The notes under the pieces are model-generated. The model was not told the DNA's origin. It saw only the letters and a list, made by a program, of their open reading frames with translations, and made no database searches. DNA of 64,000 bases, taken from Oligoflexia bacterium (GTDB taxonomy: Bacteria; Bdellovibrionota; UBA1018; CAIPTA01; JAALKR01). Numbering within the stretch: position 1 is the first letter of the stretch; each line of letters opens with the position of its first letter. The DNA is taken from the NCBI GenBank assembly GCA_011087955.1, contig JAALKR010000009.1, positions 2,239 to 66,238 of the forward strand. Direction: 5' to 3'. The position numbers were made by a program, and so were the translations under genes. Positions 62,321 through 64,000 of the stretch are shown here, in pieces.

Positions 62321-63609
62321 TAACTATAGCGGCCTTTGCCCTGCTTATTTCTGGTTGTGCCCGCGCGCCACTATCTGATTCCAGTGAAGCCCTAATTTCC
62401 TATGAAGAGACATTAGAGATTAATGATGACCTTGGATGGAACTCTTTACATGCGGCGATAGAGAATCTAATTAAGACTTGGGAGAAGAAAAATCGCGATG
62501 AGATGGCTTTACGTTTTGGGCCACACATGGTTCCCGCGTCAGTCTATTTTGCTGCTCTTGAAGGATTGCTCCTCGATTTACGTTTAGATCGTAGTGGTGG
62601 TCGCTTTGTGTGGAGCTTGCTAAATAATTTCGATGTTTACGTTGTTTATGGCAATGAGGAGCCAGGTGACGTGCTGGTGACCTCTTATTACGACCCAATC
62701 ATTAAGGGAAGTCCATTTCCAACACGTAAGTATTCGCAAGCGGTATATAGGAAGCCAAAGGATCTAGTCACGATTCGTCTCGATCGCTATGAGGAAACTT
62801 TTCCGAGGGCTCAATGGGTAATTAAGGCGGAGCAGGACTTGCGAGGGAGAGTGGTGCGAGCAACAAATGGAGGTATGAAACCACCGCGCATTGTCCCCTA
62901 TTATTCCCGACATGAGATAGATGTAGATCAAAAATTGGGTAGTCAAAAATTAGAAATTGCCTATGTAGATCCTGTTGATTCCTTCGTAATGCAAATACAA
63001 GGTGCGGGAACCATTCATATGACAAATGGTAAAAAAATTTCGTTAGGCTATGATGGCCAAAACGGACACAAATATGTTGCGCTTGAAAAAATTTTAGCGG
63101 CTCGAATTCCCAAGGAAGCAATAAATATGCAGGCTATTGAGAACTATTTGCGTTCGGTTCCAAAAACAGAAGCACAAGAAAGTATGGATCAAAACCCTTC
63201 CTATGTGTTTTTCAAAAAACTAGACGGACCTTCCAAGGCTAGTTTTGGTTCTTCTTTAATGCCGGGAAGAACGATTGCAACCGACCGTGGGCTATTTCCC
63301 AAAGGCACGCTAGCTTTTTTAGAATTTTCCGAGCCTCGGTTTGTGCAAGAAGAGAGTGGAAAGATTAAGCGCGATGAATACGGACGGCCTTATACAGGCT
63401 CTTGGGTTAAAAAATCTCGCTTTGTCATTGATGCAGATACTGGGGGAGCTATACGCGGGTCAGGTCGACTGGATCTCTACTGGGGGAAAGGTAGGGTGGC
63501 CGCAAGGGTGGCGGGTGTAATGAATCAGCGTGGGAGACTTTTCTATTTTGTGCCAAAACCTTCTTATATTGAGGCTTTAGGCCGGAGTTCTCGCTTGAAG
63601 AATGATTGA
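62305..63609 (+). CDS. mltA: Membrane-bound lytic murein transglycosylase A
   Basis: Lipoprotein signal 'AAFALLISGC'. MltA-specific region 'VDSFVMQIQGAGTIHMTNGKKISLGYDGQNGHKY' and 3D domain 'RFVIDADTGGAIRGSGRLDLYWG'. Confidence 0.88.
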   Translation: MRKILLTIAAFALLISGCARAPLSDSSEALISYEETLEINDDLGWNSLHAAIENLIKTWEKKNRDEMALRFGPHMVPASVYFAALEGLLLDLRLDRSGGRFVWSLLNNFDVYVVYGNEEPGDVLVTSYYDPIIKGSPFPTRKYSQAVYRKPKDLVTIRLDRYEETFPRAQWVIKAEQDLRGRVVRATNGGMKPPRIVPYYSRHEIDVDQKLGSQKLEIAYVDPVDSFVMQIQGAGTIHMTNGKKISLGYDGQNGHKYVALEKILAARIPKEAINMQAIENYLRSVPKTEAQESMDQNPSYVFFKKLDGPSKASFGSSLMPGRTIATDRGLFPKGTLAFLEFSEPRFVQEESGKIKRDEYGRPYTGSWVKKSRFVIDADTGGAIRGSGRLDLYWGKGRVAARVAGVMNQRGRLFYFVPKPSYIEALGRSSRLKND

Positions 63610-63670
63610 CGCGATAATTCATTGAGTAAACTTTAAATTCGGGATAGGCTCTGGCTGCGCCTTGGTTTGT

Positions 63671-63714
63671 ATTAGAGCTATAATTTACATTAGAGCAATA
63701 ACTTGTATTGGAGA
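63671..63714. promoter_or_regulatory. Three direct repeats ATT(A/G)GAG(C/A) at exact 18-bp spacing upstream of the last ORF
   Basis: ATTAGAGC at 63671 and 63689, and ATTGGAGA at 63707. The flanks are also shared (TGTATT at copies 1 and 3). Confidence 0.35.
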
Positions 63715-63723
63715 CGGTGTTAT

Positions 63724-64000
63724 ATGGTGAGGATAAACCTAGTTCTATTCCTTTTAGTTGTTTTAGTTGTAGTTTTTGAGGCTCCTGCCTTTGCATTAAG
63801 TTCACCGGTCGAAATGCAAAAAATAAAGGCCGAGGCCGCTGAATTAGAGGCTGCTCTTCTGCGTATTAAAGATGTGAACCCCAAACGCTACCTTCGCATG
63901 CTCGAACTGCGAGAGAAGAACCCTGAACGCTATGCTCGGATGCAAAAAAAAGCGGTGAAGGAGTATCATCGGATTCAAAAATTACAGCGACTGATTCCTG
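63724..64000 (+). CDS. Secreted helical Lys/Glu/Arg-rich protein, 3'-truncated by the window end
   Basis: ATG 63724, signal peptide 'LVLFLLVVLVVVFEAPAFA', then a charged helical sequence ('EAAELEAALLRIKDVNPKRYLRMLELREKNPERYARMQKK') reminiscent of periplasmic Spy/CpxP-type proteins. The frame is open to the window end. Confidence 0.5.
   Translation, partial: MVRINLVLFLLVVLVVVFEAPAFALSSPVEMQKIKAEAAELEAALLRIKDVNPKRYLRMLELREKNPERYARMQKKAVKEYHRIQKLQRLIP

Noticed and set aside
1-64000. Search for tRNA, rRNA, tmRNA, riboswitch-like leaders and CRISPR arrays in intergenic regions
   Set aside because: All intergenic gaps are 220 bp or shorter. None shows cloverleaf-compatible stems, rRNA-like sequence or short regularly spaced repeats. 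Absence is judged by eye only, and a covariance-model scan would be needed to be sure.

Overview
This is a 64-kb chromosomal window from a Gram-negative bacterium, with about 58 protein-coding genes at roughly 90% coding density. By eye I found no rRNA, tRNA, CRISPR array, transposase or integrase. The gene content suggests a Bdellovibrionota/Myxococcota-like lineage, but that is inference only. The supporting genes are an AgmX/PglI-type TonB-like domain, a TolQ/TolR-type motor fused into a large envelope operon, a 7TMR-DISM receptor and many orphan secreted or outer-membrane proteins. Layout: dppCDF-like peptide ABC genes (2-2926); orphan secreted proteins, a CrtZ-like hydroxylase and a transglutaminase-like protein (2942-7751); rarA; pruA; a large orphan protein plus an OM barrel (10958-14954); a translationally coupled thiolase / FadJ-like / LolE-like permease / leaderless lipase operon (14982-20461); tatA; a FecR-domain plus TPR/OM-barrel pair; menB; nitronate monooxygenase plus an IorAB-type molybdenum hydroxylase with XdhC and MocA (27439-32526); two tandem P-domain paralogs (34294-35998); a 10-gene Agl/Glt/Nfs-like motor and envelope operon (36128-46977); a histone-H1-like protein; a complete type IIB topoisomerase VI operon (48460-51270); lpdA-sucB-sucA; rpsR followed by an L24 homolog; a 7TMR-DISM/cyclase-like receptor; a twice-frameshifted beta-lactamase-family gene; and mltA. 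The most unusual item is a single 585-codon ORF (25625-27382). It joins a complete monofunctional proline dehydrogenase directly to a complete NavAb/NaChBac-type voltage-gated sodium channel (S4 arginine ladder, TLESWSMG filter, C-terminal coiled coil). I do not know of a described example of this architecture. Other leads are the Agl/Glt-like operon with unassignable components, the bacterial Topo VI next to an H1-like protein, the P-domain tandem pair with a 5'-to-3' identity gradient, and an 11-bp perfect inverted repeat bracketing the mltA start codon. All family assignments come from motif and colinearity recognition by eye. No database search was run.
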